From an uncultured Gemmatimonadales bacterium (GTDB taxonomy: Bacteria; Gemmatimonadota; Gemmatimonadetes; Gemmatimonadales; GWC2-71-9): a DNA stretch of 64,000 nt. Below the pieces are notes generated by a model that was not told the origin of the DNA, searched no databases, and saw only the letters and a list, made by a program, of their open reading frames with translations. Location of the stretch: the NCBI GenBank assembly GCA_963844035.1, contig CAWJMT010000002.1, positions 1-64,000 on the forward strand. The letters are read 5' to 3'. Of this stretch, positions 31,355-45,969 are shown one piece after another (the stretch's first letter is position 1; the number at the start of each line of letters is the position of its first letter). A program made the translations under genes and the position numbers.

Positions 31355-33078
31355 GTGGCTCACGCCAGCGAGATCGAGAAGCTCGAGCGACGCTATGCAG
31401 AGAACCCGAAGGGGCGGAATTTCGCGCCCCTGGCAGACGCCTATCGTAAGGCGGGACAACTAGATCAGGCCATCGAACTGTGTACGAGCGGCCTGGAGCG
31501 CCACCCCGACTACGTCAGCGCCTACATCGTATACGGTCGTTGCCTGATTGACCAGCACAACGACGCCGAAGCAGGGACGACGTTCCGCAAGGTGCTGGAT
31601 CTCGACCCCGAAAACGTCATCGCCTTCAAGGTTTTGGCGGAGATCGGTACCCGGGGCGGTCGGCTGGATGAGGCGGTGCTGTGGCTGACCAAGCTGTTGT
31701 CCGCCGACCCGATGAACGGGGAGGCGGCTGAAGCGCTCGCCGCGGCCAAAGGGAAGGTTGCCCTCGCCGCGAAGACCCCTGCGCCGGTTGCTCCTCCTCC
31801 ACCGCCACCCCGGCCCCCGGCCCCACCCCAGCCCCCTGTGGCTTCCGCGCCTGCGCCGGCCGCAGCCCCTGCGAAGGCACCACGGCCGACCCCGGCACCT
31901 CCCCCGGCACCGCCGCCGCTACCCGCTGCTCCGGTGGTGGGCGACATGGCCGACTTCATCCGTGAAGAGGAGCCGTTACAGGCGTCCGACATTCAGCTCC
32001 AGGGCCAGGGTCAGCGGGCCGCGTCCGGCATTGAGGTCTATGACGGCACGATCGACTTCAGCGGGATATCGACCAACAACTCGGCACGGGAAGACGGTAT
32101 CGAGATCCAGGAAGAGATTGTCATGCAGGCCGACGAGATCCACGTAGAAGGGCTGGCAAGCTCGCAATACGAGGCGAGTGGCCTCTTCAAGCCGGATTCG
32201 GAGCTCGTGGCGGATTCGGAGCCGGTCGCAGGTTTGGAGCCCCAGGAGGAGGATCTCGGCACGGTGGACCTTCCGCTCATCATGCCGGACGCGGAGGAGG
32301 CGGCACCACCGCGAGTGGAGTGGGAGGCCCCGGCCGAGGTTGTGCCGGCGCGACGGACGCCGTTTCCCCCGAGCCCTCCGCCCGCGGCGGTGACGCTCTC
32401 GGACGACGATGGCGCGGCGGACACCGCGGCCCTGTCGCGAGCTGAGCCGGTGCTGACGGAGACGATGGCCGAGTTGTTTCTACGGCAGGGACACCAGGAG
32501 GAGGCGCTGCGGGTGTACCAGGCGCTGCAGGCGCTCCGCCCGGATGACCGGCGGTTGCAGTCCAAGGTGGCGGCGCTCTACCGGTGGGGGTCCGGGCAAT
32601 TCGGGACGGAGCAGCGGCCCGGTCTCGAGCGGCCAAACGGTGCAGGCGTTCCTGAAGGGGATTCTGGCGAGCAAGCCCGGCACGGCGGCGGGGCGGGATT
32701 CTGGCGCGGCGTCACCGCCGGCGCCGGCCTTCGCCGCGCCCGCCGGCGGACTCGCCCGGGGAGCCCACGCGCGCTGCCGAGGACGACCTTTCGCTGGACC
32801 AGGTGTTTGGCGACGACGCGTCCAGTGCGCCCGCTCCACGGCCAGCGGGCACGCCACCCTCCGCAGCCTCACCGGCTCCGTCCGCGCCGGGCACGGCGGC
32901 GCCCGGGGGATTTTCGTTCGATGAGTTCTTCAACGCGGGCGGCGCGCCGGGGTCCGCCGCGGCGCCGGCCGCGCCGAGCTCCGCCCCGCAGGCGTCGGGC
33001 TCGCGGGCCCGGCCCTCGATGGAAGAGGACAGCGACCTGGACCAGTTTCAGAACTGGCTCAAGGGTCTCAAGTCCTAG
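31355..33078 (+). CDS. TPR protein with Pro-rich linker (frameshifted near 32590-32800)
   Basis: [42 protein letters not shown]-terminal [14 protein letters not shown]. Confidence 0.8.
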
Positions 33079-33524
33079 TGCACATCGCGGTCCTGAACGG
33101 CCCCAATCTGAATCTGTTGGGAGAGCGCGAGCCGGAGGTATACGGGCGCGCGACGCTTCAGGAGATCGAAACAGCGACTCGCGCGCAAGCGCGCGCGCTC
33201 GGCGTCGACTGCAGTTGGACCCAGACCAATCACGAAGGCGAGCTCGTGGAGGCGATCCAGGGTCTCCGCGGCAAGGCGGACGGGGCCGTCATCAACGCGG
33301 CGGCGTTTACGCACACCAGCCTCGCGGTGCGCGATGCGCTGCTGGCGGTGAAGGTGCCGTTCGTCGAAGTCCACCTGTCGAACATTTTCGCGCGGGAGCC
33401 GGAGCGGCACCGCTCGCTCCTCGCGGACGTGGCGATCGGGGTGGTCACCGGGTTCGGGCCGGACAGTTATCGGATGGGACTCGAGGGCATCGTTCGCCAT
33501 CTCGCGGCCCGGCGTGGGCGCTGA
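33078..33524 (+). CDS. aroQ: Type II 3-dehydroquinate dehydratase
   Basis: [36 protein letters not shown]. Confidence 0.96.
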   Translation: MHIAVLNGPNLNLLGEREPEVYGRATLQEIETATRAQARALGVDCSWTQTNHEGELVEAIQGLRGKADGAVINAAAFTHTSLAVRDALLAVKVPFVEVHLSNIFAREPERHRSLLADVAIGVVTGFGPDSYRMGLEGIVRHLAARRGR

Positions 33525-34609
33525 CCCGCGGCGTCCCCGCCACGAGGCGCTCGTCCGGGCGCTCGAGGCGGCGGAGCTGGACGCGCTGCTGGTGACGTCG
33601 CGCGCCAATGTCCGCTACCTCACGGGGTTCAGCGGGTCGGCGGCACTGGCGGTGGCGACACGGGCGGATCTGCTGCTCGTCACCGACTTCCGGTACGACG
33701 AACAGGCTCGCGCCGAGGCGGGAGCGGTGGCGCGAGTGGAGGTGGACGGCGCGAGCGTGTGGGACCGCCTGTTTCGCGAGCTGCCCACGCTCGGTCCGCT
33801 CGCCTGCATCGGCTACGAAGCACAGGCGCTCACGGTGAAGGATGCCGAGCGACTGGCGCAGGCCGGGAAGTCCTGGCGCTGGACCGCGACGAGCGACCTG
33901 GTCGAGCGGCTGCGGGCGAGCAAGGATCCGGGTGAAGTGGCGGCGATCCGTGGTGCGGCAACACTCGCGGGCGAAGCCCTGGAGGCGGCGCTCGCGCATG
34001 TCGGTGTCGGCATGAGCGAGATCGAGATCGCGGGGATTCTGGAAGGGCAGCTGCGGCGGCTGGGCAGCGAGGGCCATCCATTTCCGACCATCGTGGCCTC
34101 GGGACCGCGTACGGCGCTGCCCCACGCTCGCTCCAGCAAGCGAACCGTAGCGGCGGGAGAGTGGCTGCTGCTAGACTTTGGGGCTCAAGTCGACGGCTAT
34201 TGCGCCGACATCACGCGTACGGTGGTTGTCGGGGATCGCGCCAACGACCGCCAGCGGACCCTGTACGATCTGGTGCATGCGGCGCAGCTGCGGGCACGGT
34301 CCGGGCATTCGCGCGGGGATGCCCGGGTGCGAGGCGGACGCGCTGGCGCGCGACCTGATCGAAGCCCGAGGGTTCGGGGAGGCGTTCGGCCATTCGCTGG
34401 GGCACGGCCTGGGTCTCGAGGTGCATGAGGCGCCGCGCCTGTCCAAGACCAATCCCGAACCGTTGCCGGTGGACGCGGTGGTCACGATCGAGCCGGGCGT
34501 CTACGTCCCCGGGCAGGGCGGTGTGCGGATCGAAGACGATGTGTACCTGGGGAGCGACGGTCCGGTGCTGTTGTCGAACGGGCGCACGGAATTGACGGAG
34601 TTGGTCTAG
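33514..34609 (+). CDS. Xaa-Pro aminopeptidase, M24 family (frameshifted)
   Basis: [50 protein letters not shown]. Confidence 0.93.
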
Positions 34610-34721
34610 GGGCGGATTGACGGGCGGCTCCCGTGGGTAGTCTATTACCAGCGGCTGCGGGCCGGAACGCCGCCGAGTTCACCTCGCAGGGGGACGATCG
34701 CGTGGAGCGCTGCACAGCGGC

Positions 34722-35247
34722 ATGAACTTGGACATTATCGCGCGGCTGGTGCAGATCCTCCGGGACGCCCCGGAGTTGGGCGCCATCGAAGTGCGCCGGG
34801 GCCTGTTCGGGGCCTGGTCTGCCGTGCGAGTGTCGCGCGCCGGGCATGCGTCGGGCTCGGGTGATCACGTGGTGGTGGCGCACGCTTCGACCAGTCCCAC
34901 CAGCCCACCCGAGCGGGGCACCGCCCGAGCGGAAGGGCGCGCGGACGGGGCGCCCGGCGGGGCAGGGGGAGGGGCGCCGCGCGCCGGCTCGCGGCGGCCC
35001 CGCACTGCTCGAGATCAAGTCACCGATGGTGGGGACGTTTTACGGCGCGCCCCAGCCGGGCGCTGAGCCGTACGTCAAAGTCGGCAGCCGCGTCGCGACC
35101 GGGCAGGTCGTCTGCATTATCGAAGCGATGAAGATCATGAATGAAATCGAGTCCGAGATCCAGGGCGTGATCAAGGAAGTGTGCTTGGACAGCGCGCAGC
35201 CCGTGGAGTTCGGCCAGACCCTCTTCCGAGTGGACCCGCATGGCTGA
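34722..35247 (+). CDS. accB: Biotin carboxyl carrier protein (frameshifted)
   Basis: IKSPMVGTFY, CIIEAMKIMNEIES, PVEFGQTLF. Confidence 0.93.
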
Positions 35248-36406
35248 AGCACCGCAGGGCGCCCAGTTCAACTTCAAGCAGGCCATCACGCAGATGGTGC
35301 AGCGCAACGGCTCCGACCTGCTGCTCAAGGTCGGCAGGCCGGCGACCATCCGCGTGAACGGCGATCTCGTCGGCCTCGAGACCCAGCCCCTCAAGCCGGA
35401 AGAGCTGAAATCGCTCGCCGAGCAGATCATGACCCCGCGTCAGGTGAAGGAGTTCGCCGAGCACAAGGAAGCCGACTTCGCGATCGGGGTGCCCGGGGTT
35501 GGCCGGTTCCGCACCAACGTCTACCAGCAGCGCGGCACCGTCGCGTTCGCATTCCGGGCGATTCCGTACGAGGTCAAGTCCATCAAGGACCTCGATCTCC
35601 CACCGGTGCTCGCCGAAATCGCCGCCCGGCCCAGAGGCCTGGTGCTGGTCACCGGCGTGACCGGGTCGGGTAAGTCCACCGCCCTGGCGGCGCTGATCAA
35701 CCACATCAACTCCACGCGGCGGGTCAACATCATCACGATCGAAGACCCGATCGAGTTCCTGCACCGCGACAATCTCGCGAACATTTCGCAGCGCGAGGTG
35801 GGCAACGACACGTTGTCGTTCAATTCGGCGCTGCGCCACGTGCTGCGGCAGGACCCCGACGTGATCCTGATCGGCGAGATTCGCGACATGGACACGCTGG
35901 ACACGGCGCTCAAGGCGGCCGATACCGGTCACCTCGTGTTCTCGACCCTGCACACGACCGACGCCACCCAGACGATCAACCGCGTGATCTCGTTTTTCCC
36001 GCCGCACCAGCACGAAGAAATCCGCCACCTCCTGTCCACGGCACTCCAGGCCGTCGTGTCGCTCCGCCTGGTGCCGCGCAGCGACGGACGGGGCCGTGTG
36101 CCGGCCGCCGAGGTGCTCATCAACACCGCCGCGGTGCAGGACAACATCCGCGACGTCAAGAAGCAGCTCTCGATTCCCGACCTGATCGCGGATGGCTCCA
36201 TCCAGTACGGAATGCAGAGCTTCGATCAGTCGCTGTTTCAATGGTTTCAGCAGGGCGTGATCAGTTACGAGAGCGCGGTCTTCTACGCCACCAACCCCAG
36301 CGAGTTCGCGCTCAAGGTGTCGGGTGTGGATTCGGCAGCGAGCAAGGCGTTCGGCGGTTCGTCGGGCGGAGCGGCAGGCCGGATCGCGACCGACCTGACC
36401 CCCTGA
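35240..36406 (+). CDS. pilT: PilT/PilU type IV pilus retraction ATPase
   Basis: [64 protein letters not shown]. Confidence 0.92.
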   Translation: MAEAPQGAQFNFKQAITQMVQRNGSDLLLKVGRPATIRVNGDLVGLETQPLKPEELKSLAEQIMTPRQVKEFAEHKEADFAIGVPGVGRFRTNVYQQRGTVAFAFRAIPYEVKSIKDLDLPPVLAEIAARPRGLVLVTGVTGSGKSTALAALINHINSTRRVNIITIEDPIEFLHRDNLANISQREVGNDTLSFNSALRHVLRQDPDVILIGEIRDMDTLDTALKAADTGHLVFSTLHTTDATQTINRVISFFPPHQHEEIRHLLSTALQAVVSLRLVPRSDGRGRVPAAEVLINTAAVQDNIRDVKKQLSIPDLIADGSIQYGMQSFDQSLFQWFQQGVISYESAVFYATNPSEFALKVSGVDSAASKAFGGSSGGAAGRIATDLTP

Positions 36407-37765
36407 TGTTCACAAAAGTCCTCATTGCCAACCGCGGGGAGATCGCCCTGCGGGTGATCCGCGCGTGCAAGGAATTGGGACTCGGGACGGTGGCCGTCTA
36501 CTCCGAGGCGGACCGGGAATCGCTGCACGTCCGGTTCGCGGACGACGACGTGTGCATCGGGCGCGCCCCCTCGCGCGACAGCTACCTCAACATTCCACGG
36601 CTCATCGCGGCCGCGGAAATCACGGGCGCCGACGCGATTCATCCGGGATACGGATTTCTCGCGGAAAACAGCGAGTTTGCCGACACGGTGGCGGCCTCGA
36701 ATATCACGTTCATCGGTCCCACGGCGGAGCAGATCCGGCAGATGGGCGACAAAGCCGCCGCCCGCAAGCTCGCGCACAAGCTGAAGGTCCCCACCGTGCC
36801 CGGCTCTCCGGGCCCGGTGGACGATGTCGACGCGGGGCTCAAGGTGGCGCTCAAGATCGGGTTCCCCGTGATCGTCAAGGCCGCGGCGGGCGGGGGCGGC
36901 AAGGGGATGCGCGTGGCCACCGATGAGGACCAGTTCCCGCAGGCCTTCGGGCTCGCCAAGCAGGAGGCCCTGGCCGCATTCGGCTCGGACGAGGTCTATA
37001 TCGAGAAATACCTCAGCCCGGCCCCGGCACGTCGAAATCCAGATCATGGGCGACTCGCATGGCCGGATCATGCACCTGTGCGAGCGCGACTGCTCGGTGC
37101 AGCGGCGCCATCAGAAGCTCATCGAAGAGGCGCCGAGCCCGGCCCTGGACCAGACGCTCCGGGACGACATGGGCGACGCGGCGATCCGCCTGGCCGAAGC
37201 GATCGGCTACGTCGGGGCGGGGACGATCGAGTTCCTGCTCGACGAGGACGGGTCGTTCTTCTTCATGGAGATGAACACCCGGATTCAGGTCGAGCACCCC
37301 GTGACCGAGATGTGCACGAACTTCGATCTGGTGAAGGAGCAAATTCGCGTCGCCGCCGGCGAGCCGCTGTCATTGGTCATGAACGGCAGCCGGCTGCGCG
37401 GCCACGCGATTGAATGCCGCGTCAACGCGGAAGACCCCGCGCGCAACTTCCAGCCGTGTCCCGGTCTGATTACGGCGTACCATCCGTCAGGCGGGCCCGG
37501 CGTCCGTGTGGACACGCACATCTACGCCGGGTACACCGTCCCCCCGTACTACGACTCGCTGCTCGCCAAGGTGATCGTGCACGGAAACTCCCGGCAGGAA
37601 GCGCTCGCTCGCATGCGACAGGCGCTCGATTCGTTTATCATTGAGGGCGTCACCACGACGATTCCGTTTCTCAGTCGAGTTATGCGCCACCCCGACTTTA
37701 TCGCAGGCAAGGTGGATACGAAGTTCCTCGAGCGCGAGCCGCAGCTGCTCACCGGCCACGGATGA
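36406..37765 (+). CDS. accC: Biotin carboxylase (frameshifted near 37020)
   Basis: [57 protein letters not shown]. Confidence 0.97.
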
Positions 37766-38481
37766 AAATTGACGTTCATTTCACGCCAACCGGGCTGACT
37801 CCGGGTGACCTGAGCGGACGGAGCATTGTGGTGCTCGATGTGCTCCGCGCCACGACGACGGTCATCACGGCGCTCGCCAACGGCGCGAAGGAAGTGATCC
37901 CGGCCGCCACCTCCGAAGAAGCGGTCCGGGTCGCCTCGAACCTTGAGAGGGACGGCGTGCTGCTGGCGGGCGAGCGCAAGAGCATGAAGATCGAAGGGTT
38001 CGCGCTCGGCAATTCGCCGCTCGAGATGACGCCCGAGGCCGTAGCGGGGAAGACGATCGTCCTGGCCACCACGAACGGGACCCCCGCCCTCGTGGCGGCG
38101 CAGGGCGGCGACCCCGTCCTGGTGGGGGCGCCTGCGAATTTCAACGCCCTGGCCACCCGGGCGCGCGAGTGCCTGGTGGAGAAGGGGGAGCTGGTCATCG
38201 TCTGCGCCGGGCGGGAGCGGCAGTTCGCTCTCGAGGACGCGTATACGGCGGGGCGCCTCGTGAAGGCGGTAAAGAAAGGCCTCGGCAAGCTCGAGCTGAA
38301 CGACGCAGCGCGCGCCGCGCAGTACCTCACCGGCGCGTACGACGACTGGGCCGATGCGTTCGCCGGGACGGCGGCGGCGCGGCAGCTGGAAGAAGCGAAC
38401 CTCAGCGCCGATGTCGAGTTCTGTGCCACGCCGAACCGGTTCGGCTCCGTCCCCCAGTACGCCGAGCGGCGCATCACGTGA
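37762..38481 (+). CDS. comB: 2-phosphosulfolactate phosphatase family protein
   Basis: [31 protein letters not shown]. Confidence 0.9.
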   Translation: MKIDVHFTPTGLTPGDLSGRSIVVLDVLRATTTVITALANGAKEVIPAATSEEAVRVASNLERDGVLLAGERKSMKIEGFALGNSPLEMTPEAVAGKTIVLATTNGTPALVAAQGGDPVLVGAPANFNALATRARECLVEKGELVIVCAGRERQFALEDAYTAGRLVKAVKKGLGKLELNDAARAAQYLTGAYDDWADAFAGTAAARQLEEANLSADVEFCATPNRFGSVPQYAERRIT

Positions 38482-40703
38482 CCCCACGGGTGCGTGAGGA
38501 GCTGATCGGCATCGGGGCGCTGGTGATCGGCGTCTTCCTTGGCCTGACGCTCCTCGGCACTCAGGTGACAGGCAGCTGGGGTCGCGGACTCGGTCACGAG
38601 CTGCGGATGTTCTTCGGTGCGGGGGCCGTACTCATCCCGGTGATGGGTCTCGTGTGGGCCGCCGCGGCGTTCGAGCGTCTCGGTTCGCTGTCAGCCCTGC
38701 GCGCAGCGGCACTCGGTGCCGGCCTCGTGCTCCTGGTCCCCTACGGGATCGGCGTCGCGACCGGGGTTCGGGTGGATGGCCTCGCCGCGGATTACCTCGT
38801 GTGGACCACGTCCCAGCGGCTGGCCGGCCTCCTCGCAGGATTCCTGGCGGGGGGCATCACGGGAGTGATCGGGACCGCCGGTGGCGCGCTCGTGGGCCTG
38901 TTCGCGGTCTCAGCCCTCGGGATCCTCACCATCGGGTGGCATCCGCTGGTGGGGCTGCGGGCGAGGGAAAAGGGCAGCGGCAAGGCCGAAGCGGACAAGC
39001 CCGCTCCAAAGCGCAAGCGTGAGATCACCGCTCCCGCAGAAGTCGTCGAGGACCCTGACGACGATGTACCCTACCCTCCTCCCGTACCGCCCTCCACCAA
39101 GAGCCGCCGATCAAAAGTCGTATCCGCCAAGCCCGAATGGACGCCTGACGGTGCGCTGATCCCGCCGCTCGATCTCTTGAATGTCCCGTCCCCGGAAGCA
39201 GTGGACGCGGGTGCGGCACAGATCGACCGGATGGGTGAGAAGCTGATCGAGACGTTGCAGACATTCCGCGTGGAGGCCTCGGTCGTCGACCGGACGGTCG
39301 GCCCCGTCGTGACGCAGTACGAGGTGGCGCCGGGGCGGGGGGTGAAAGTCGGCCGGATCGCGGCGCTCGCCGACGACCTGGCGCTCGCGATGCGCGCGCA
39401 GAGTCTCCGCATCGTCGCGCCGATTCCGGGGAAGGCGGCGGTCGGCATCGAGGTCCCCAATCCGACGCCGCGAATGGTGGTGATCCGCGAGCTGCTCGAC
39501 ACGCCGGAATTCCGCCGGCCGAACCGCGCGCTCCCGGTGGCACTCGGACGAAACCTCGAGGGTGAGGCGGTGGTGGACGACCTTGCCAAGATGCCGCATC
39601 TCCTCATCGCGGGCGCGACAGGATCGGGGAAGTCCGTCTGCATCAACACGATCATCACGAGCCTGATCTACTCGCATCCACCGGAAGCCCTCCGGCTGCT
39701 GATGATCGACCCGAAGATGGTCGAGTTGTCGATGTACGCCTCGCTGCCGCACCTCGGACATCCGGTCGTGACGAACAACCACAAGGCCGCGACCGTGCTC
39801 AAATGGGCGGTGGCCGAGATGGACCGGCGCTACAAGCTGCTCCATGCGAACCACGCCCGGAATCTCGGGGACTTCAATAAGAAGGTGAAGGACGGGAAAC
39901 CGCTCGTGCACGCCGACGGGACGGGGGAGGTCACGCGGGTGGACGGCGTGAACATATCCTCCGGTCCCCGTCCGCCGTCTCCCTACACGAGCGGGATTCT
40001 GCCCTACGTCGTTCTGATCGTGGATGAGTTGGCGGATTTGATGCTGACCGTCCAGGGGGAGATCGAGACCCCGCTCGCGATCCTGGCGCAGAAGGCGCGA
40101 GCCATCGGCATTCATCTGATCCTCGCGACTCAGCGTCCATCGGTGAACGTCCTCACGGGCTTGATCAAGGCGAACTTTCCCTGCCGGATCGCGTTCCGAG
40201 TTTCTGCGAAAGTGGACAGCCGCACGATCCTCGATCAGAACGGCGCCGAGGCGATGCTCGGGAACGGGGACATGCTGTTCCTCCCACCGGGCAAGAGCGA
40301 GCCGGTACGCATTCAGGGCGCGTTCATCTCCACGGAAGAAACCGAGCGGCTGATGGACTGGTACCGGGCCCGCGCGCCGCAGGCGGCGAACGCGGAGCAG
40401 GGCAAGCGCGAGATCGAGCAGCAGATCGCGGCGATCGAAGCAGCGGAAGCGCGGGAGCACGGAGACGGGACCGGGGAGGCCGGGACGCCCGGCGACCGGG
40501 ACTCGCTGTTCCGGCAGGCGGCCGAGGTGTGCATCCAGAACCAGCTGGGCTCGACGTCGCTGTTGCAGCGCCGCATGAGCATCGGGTACGGACGGGCGGC
40601 TCGGATCATCGATCAGCTCGAGCAAGCCGGAATCCTCGGGCCCGCGAACGGCTCGAAGCCGCGGGATGTGCTGGTGGGGTTGGAAGAGCTGGATGGAGTC
40701 TAG
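38478..40703 (+). CDS. ftsK: DNA translocase FtsK
   Basis: 4-TM N-terminus, GPVVTQYE, GIEVPN, PHLLIAGATGSGKS, DELADLM, ATQRPSV, SLLQRR...GYGRAAR. Confidence 0.97.
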   Translation: MTPRVREELIGIGALVIGVFLGLTLLGTQVTGSWGRGLGHELRMFFGAGAVLIPVMGLVWAAAAFERLGSLSALRAAALGAGLVLLVPYGIGVATGVRVDGLAADYLVWTTSQRLAGLLAGFLAGGITGVIGTAGGALVGLFAVSALGILTIGWHPLVGLRAREKGSGKAEADKPAPKRKREITAPAEVVEDPDDDVPYPPPVPPSTKSRRSKVVSAKPEWTPDGALIPPLDLLNVPSPEAVDAGAAQIDRMGEKLIETLQTFRVEASVVDRTVGPVVTQYEVAPGRGVKVGRIAALADDLALAMRAQSLRIVAPIPGKAAVGIEVPNPTPRMVVIRELLDTPEFRRPNRALPVALGRNLEGEAVVDDLAKMPHLLIAGATGSGKSVCINTIITSLIYSHPPEALRLLMIDPKMVELSMYASLPHLGHPVVTNNHKAATVLKWAVAEMDRRYKLLHANHARNLGDFNKKVKDGKPLVHADGTGEVTRVDGVNISSGPRPPSPYTSGILPYVVLIVDELADLMLTVQGEIETPLAILAQKARAIGIHLILATQRPSVNVLTGLIKANFPCRIAFRVSAKVDSRTILDQNGAEAMLGNGDMLFLPPGKSEPVRIQGAFISTEETERLMDWYRARAPQAANAEQGKREIEQQIAAIEAAEAREHGDGTGEAGTPGDRDSLFRQAAEVCIQNQLGSTSLLQRRMSIGYGRAARIIDQLEQAGILGPANGSKPRDVLVGLEELDGV

Positions 40704-40777
40704 GTGTCAGGTGTCAGGTGCCAGGTGTCAGGTGTCAGGGATGACTGCAGCGCCTGACACCTGACACCTGACACCTG
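40702..40777. repeat. Inverted heptamer tandem repeat: (AGGTGTC)x5, spacer, (GACACCT)x3
   Basis: Five forward units at 40702-40736 (one is AGGTGCC) and reverse-complement units at 40753-40777. Confidence 0.92.
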
Positions 40778-40846
40778 CATGAGAAGGGCACCGTCGGCAT
40801 AGATTCGCTTACGGTTGCGTGCCGGCGCACCGCTAGCTTCGGCTGC

Positions 40847-41239
40847 GTGAAAAGCGGCCTCCGCAGCGACCCGACAGAATGGACCGACGAGCGGCAGAAG
40901 CGGGGGCTCGCCGGGGAGGAGCAGGCGATCCGCTACTTCCTGTCCCGCGGTTGGGCGCTGGTGGCGCACCGGTTCCGTGTCGGTCGCGCCGAGATCGACC
41001 TGATCGTGCGGCGCGGCGACCTGGTGGCATTCGTTGAGGTGAAGACGCGGCGTGGGACGGCGTTTGGAAGTCCGTTCGTCGCGGTGACCGGTCCCAAGCG
41101 GCGGGAATTGGTGAAGGTGGCACGTGTCTGGGTGGACCGGTTCGGGCGGCCCTCGGACGTCTATCGGTTCGACTGCGTGGGCGTCGTGGACGGGCGGCTG
41201 GATCACCTTGAGGATGCGTTCAGGCCCGGCTGGCGCTAA
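40847..41239 (+). CDS. yraN: YraN family protein
   Basis: GLAGEEQA, EIDLI, FVEVKTR, RFDCV, HLEDAF. Confidence 0.9.
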   Translation: MKSGLRSDPTEWTDERQKRGLAGEEQAIRYFLSRGWALVAHRFRVGRAEIDLIVRRGDLVAFVEVKTRRGTAFGSPFVAVTGPKRRELVKVARVWVDRFGRPSDVYRFDCVGVVDGRLDHLEDAFRPGWR

Positions 41240-41304
41240 ATCCACCTTCGGTATATATTCGGGCCCACCCTTACTGAGGCCCGCAACACATGTCGAGGAC
41301 TCTC

Positions 41305-42369
41305 ATGGCGACCGAAAACCGGATAGCCCCCAAGCTGTCCGACGATCGCCGCAAGGCGCTCAACCTCGCCATCACCCAGATCGAGAAGACGTGCGGCAAG
41401 GGCTCGATCATGCGGATGGGGGCCGACAGCCCCCAGGTACGGGTGGAGGCGATCCCGACCGGGGCGATCAACCTGGATGCCGCGATCGGGATTGGGGGCA
41501 TCCCCCGGGGCCGGGTGACCGAGATCTTCGGTCCCGAGTCGAGCGGTAAGACGACGCTGGCGCTGCACGTGGTGGCCAACGCGCAGCGGTTGGGGGGGGC
41601 CGCGGCCTACATCGACGCCGAGCATGCCCTCGACGTCGAGTACGCCAAGAAGCTGGGCGTGGACATCGATAACCTGCTGGTGTCGCAGCCCGACACGGGC
41701 GAGCAGGGACTCGAGATCACCGAGATCCTGGTCCGTTCGGGGGCGGTGGATGTCGTCGTGATCGACTCGGTGGCTGCCCTCGTGCCGAAGGCGGAGATCG
41801 AGGGAGAGATGGGCGACTCGCTGCCCGGGCTCCAGGCCCGGCTGATGAGCCAGGCGCTGCGGAAGCTGGCGGGCGCCATCAACCGCTCGCATACGGCCGT
41901 CGTGTTCATCAACCAGCTGCGCGAGAAGATCGGCGTGATGTTCGGCAATCCCGAGACCACGAGCGGGGGACGGGCCCTCAAGTTCTACGCGTCGGTGCGG
42001 CTCGACGTGCGCCGCATCGCGCCGGTCAAGGATCGCGAGGTCGTGATCGGCAACCACATTCGCGTGAAAGTCGTGAAGAACAAGGTGGCGCCGCCGTTCC
42101 GGCAGGCGGAGTTCGACCTCATGTTCGACGAGGGCATCAGCCACGAGTCGCTGCTGGTGGACATCGCCTCGGAGGTCGGGATCATCGAGAAGTCAGGTGC
42201 CTGGTACGCGTACGGGAAAGAACGGATCGGGCAGGGTCGCGAGAACGCGAAGTTGTTCCTCAAGGATCACCCGGACCTCGGCGCGGAAATCGAAGCCAAG
42301 GTCAAAGTGCACCTGGGGATGAAAGCGCCGCCGCTTGCCGATGAGGAGGCGCCCGCGCCGGAGGAGTAG
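41305..42369 (+). CDS. recA: Recombinase A
   Basis: [52 protein letters not shown]. Confidence 0.98.
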   Translation: MATENRIAPKLSDDRRKALNLAITQIEKTCGKGSIMRMGADSPQVRVEAIPTGAINLDAAIGIGGIPRGRVTEIFGPESSGKTTLALHVVANAQRLGGAAAYIDAEHALDVEYAKKLGVDIDNLLVSQPDTGEQGLEITEILVRSGAVDVVVIDSVAALVPKAEIEGEMGDSLPGLQARLMSQALRKLAGAINRSHTAVVFINQLREKIGVMFGNPETTSGGRALKFYASVRLDVRRIAPVKDREVVIGNHIRVKVVKNKVAPPFRQAEFDLMFDEGISHESLLVDIASEVGIIEKSGAWYAYGKERIGQGRENAKLFLKDHPDLGAEIEAKVKVHLGMKAPPLADEEAPAPEE

Positions 42370-43006
42370 GTGCCGATCGTCACGGGACTCGCCCCTGATC
42401 CACGACAGCCGGGATACCGGCTGGTGGAAGTGGATCGGGGGCGTTTTGCGTCCCTGCCGGCCGAGGCGCTGGCGACTCTCCCGGAGCCTCTCACGCCGGG
42501 TATCGAGCTTCCCGCCTCCGCTGTTCGCGCGGCTGCAGGAGCTTGCCGATGTCGAGGCTGCCTGGCGCGCGGCCCTGCGCGCGCTTGCGGCCCGAGGACG
42601 GGCGCGGGGCGACCTGCGGCGTCGCCTGATCCAAAAGCAACACCCGCCATCAGCGGTCGATGCCGCGCTCGCCCGGCTCGACGCGCAGGGGCTGCTCGAT
42701 GACCGGCGCTTTGCCATGGAGTACGCTGCGCGGCACGCAGCCCGTGGGCGAGGGCCGGCGCGGCTCGTCGCCGACTTGCAGCGACAGGGTGTCGATCGCA
42801 CCCTGGCGGACAAGGCGGTCGTGGAGGCGCTGGAGAGCGAGGGAGTCGATCCTGAGCGCGCGTTGCGCACGCTCGCCGAGCGGCGTGCGTCGCAGCTCGG
42901 GGCGCTCGCGGTCCCGGTCCGGAAGCGGCGGCTGCTGGCCTACCTGGCGCGGCGCGGATACCGCGTCGGCGAAGTAAAGGATCTGGTCAACGCGCTGTGC
43001 CGTTAG
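42370..43006 (+). CDS. recX: Regulatory protein RecX (frameshifted)
   Basis: Directly after recA; GLLDDRRFA, RGRGPARL, LAYLARRGY. Confidence 0.88.
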
Positions 43007-43054
43007 GGCGGCCGGGAGGGGTGATAACCGCCCCACCCCGGTATATTTAGCCCG

Positions 43055-45669
<2,615 letters not shown>

Positions 45670-45673
<4 letters not shown>

Positions 45674-45969
45674 CCCGGCGCGAGCTGCTGGAGTGGCTCG
45701 GCACCCGCCGTCCCGTGCCGCCCGCCGATCTGCGCGCTCACCTCGACGCCGCGGTCAAGGACGGCGCGGAGCCATTGCCGCAACATCTGGCCCGGCTCGG
45801 AAGCGAGCTCCTGACGTGGGTGGCCCGGCAGCCGACGGGCGGGCGAGAGCTCGCGCTCGATCTCCTCGCCGCCGATGCATTTGTGACCTACGCGTTCGAA
45901 GCCCAGGCAGAGGCCGACGTGGATGGACTCGCGCGGCTAGCACAGGCCGTCACCGGAGGAAACGCATGA
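45670..45969 (+). CDS. Hypothetical protein
   Basis: ATGA overlaps with both alaS and gmhA; motif ALDLLAADAFVTYAFE. Confidence 0.7.

Noticed and set aside
31355..33595. 746-aa ORF running over aroQ
   Set aside because: The TPR protein's real C-terminus is in another frame ending at 33078; the extension is off-frame Arg-rich text.
37762..38481. Coenzyme M biosynthesis in the bacterium
   Set aside because: ComB-family genes are widespread in bacteria; no comA/comC is in the window.
40702..40777. CRISPR array
   Set aside because: The units are 7 nt with no spacers, and there are no cas genes.
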